Shown one piece after another: positions 63,433-64,000 of a stretch of 64,000 nt of DNA. Made by a program: the position numbers and the translations under genes. The DNA comes from Oculina patagonica (Eukaryota), in contig NC_135761.1 in NCBI RefSeq assembly GCF_052425735.1, positions 26,412,001 to 26,476,000 of the forward strand, given 5' to 3'. The notes under the pieces are model-generated. The model searched no databases. It was not told the DNA's origin and worked only from the letters and a program-made list of their open reading frames with translations. How positions within the stretch are numbered: position 1 is the first letter of the stretch; every line of letters starts with the position of its first letter.

Positions 63433-64000
63433 CTTGGAAATTCGACTTGCTGCTGCGCGGTAGACCGCTGAGACCTGGATTGCAGACTACATTTCCGAAA
63501 TGATCGAAACTGGCAGCGCGGGAGCTCGGCGTGACAGTTTGCTGACTTTGACTAAACATTTTTTTGCTGTTTACTGACTTGAGGTATACCCTACTTACAC
63601 CCTCAATAATATGAAAGTTTATGTTTGACATCACAATCCCTAAAATTCCAATATGAACTCTGTATTTTGTGACACCCCAGGTGTAACACATTTGCCCCCC
63701 GCGATATGCCCTGACATTTTCGAAATGGCGGATCTAAGACATTTTACCGCTAAAAGTGTGTAGGAAACGCTCTTTGACAGTAAGAATTGTATAATTGGAA
63801 AATTGCTGGGCCCAGCTGTTCAAAGAATAAATAAGCCGTGCTTTTTTCAACGACTTTTCAGTTTTAAGCTTATTAAAGCCTTTGAGAAAACACGACTGTT
63901 TTGCAGTGTACAGTACTCTAGCAGTTTGGAGTGTTAGGTGTTTGTGTCTTCAAGCCGGAAAACCTCTTTTAGAGAAATTTTTTGCTTACAAACAAGCCTA

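Larger units (their letters stand above)
40592..63533 (+). mobile_element. Putative RAG1/Transib-like two-gene DNA transposon with nested insertions
   Basis: Inverted termini CACGCCGAGCTC (40592-40603; reverse complement at 63522-63533) plus a shared inner block CCGCGnTnCCAGT; encloses a RAG1-like DDE gene (+) and a convergent ORF (-); flanks share only AC. Confidence 0.7.

Overview
Eukaryotic DNA, most likely from an anthozoan or stony coral (inferred from the repeat families and spliced transposases). It is almost entirely transposable-element sequence, and no cellular gene is recognisable. 1-40.5 kb is a scrambled graveyard of decayed Gypsy, BEL/Pao, DIRS, Tx1/L1, CR1/L2, Penelope, hAT and pogo fragments plus SINEs and MITEs. 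40592-63533 can be read as one DNA transposon bounded by asymmetric bipartite CAC-starting inverted termini. It carries a RAG1/Transib-like DDE transposase pseudogene on + and a convergent, intact 208-aa ORF of unknown function on -, an arrangement like ProtoRAG except that the partner is not RAG2. Nested inside it are: a spliced hAT (6-bp TSD); a Tx1 LINE inserted into a MITE hairpin; an OTU-protease-fused hAT (5-bp TSD) that itself holds a Helentron-type element; and a piggyBac holding a Sola-like MITE. About 28 of ~32 orientable TE pieces lie on the + strand, which suggests a unistrand piRNA-cluster-like locus. All family assignments come from motif recognition by eye; no database searches were run.
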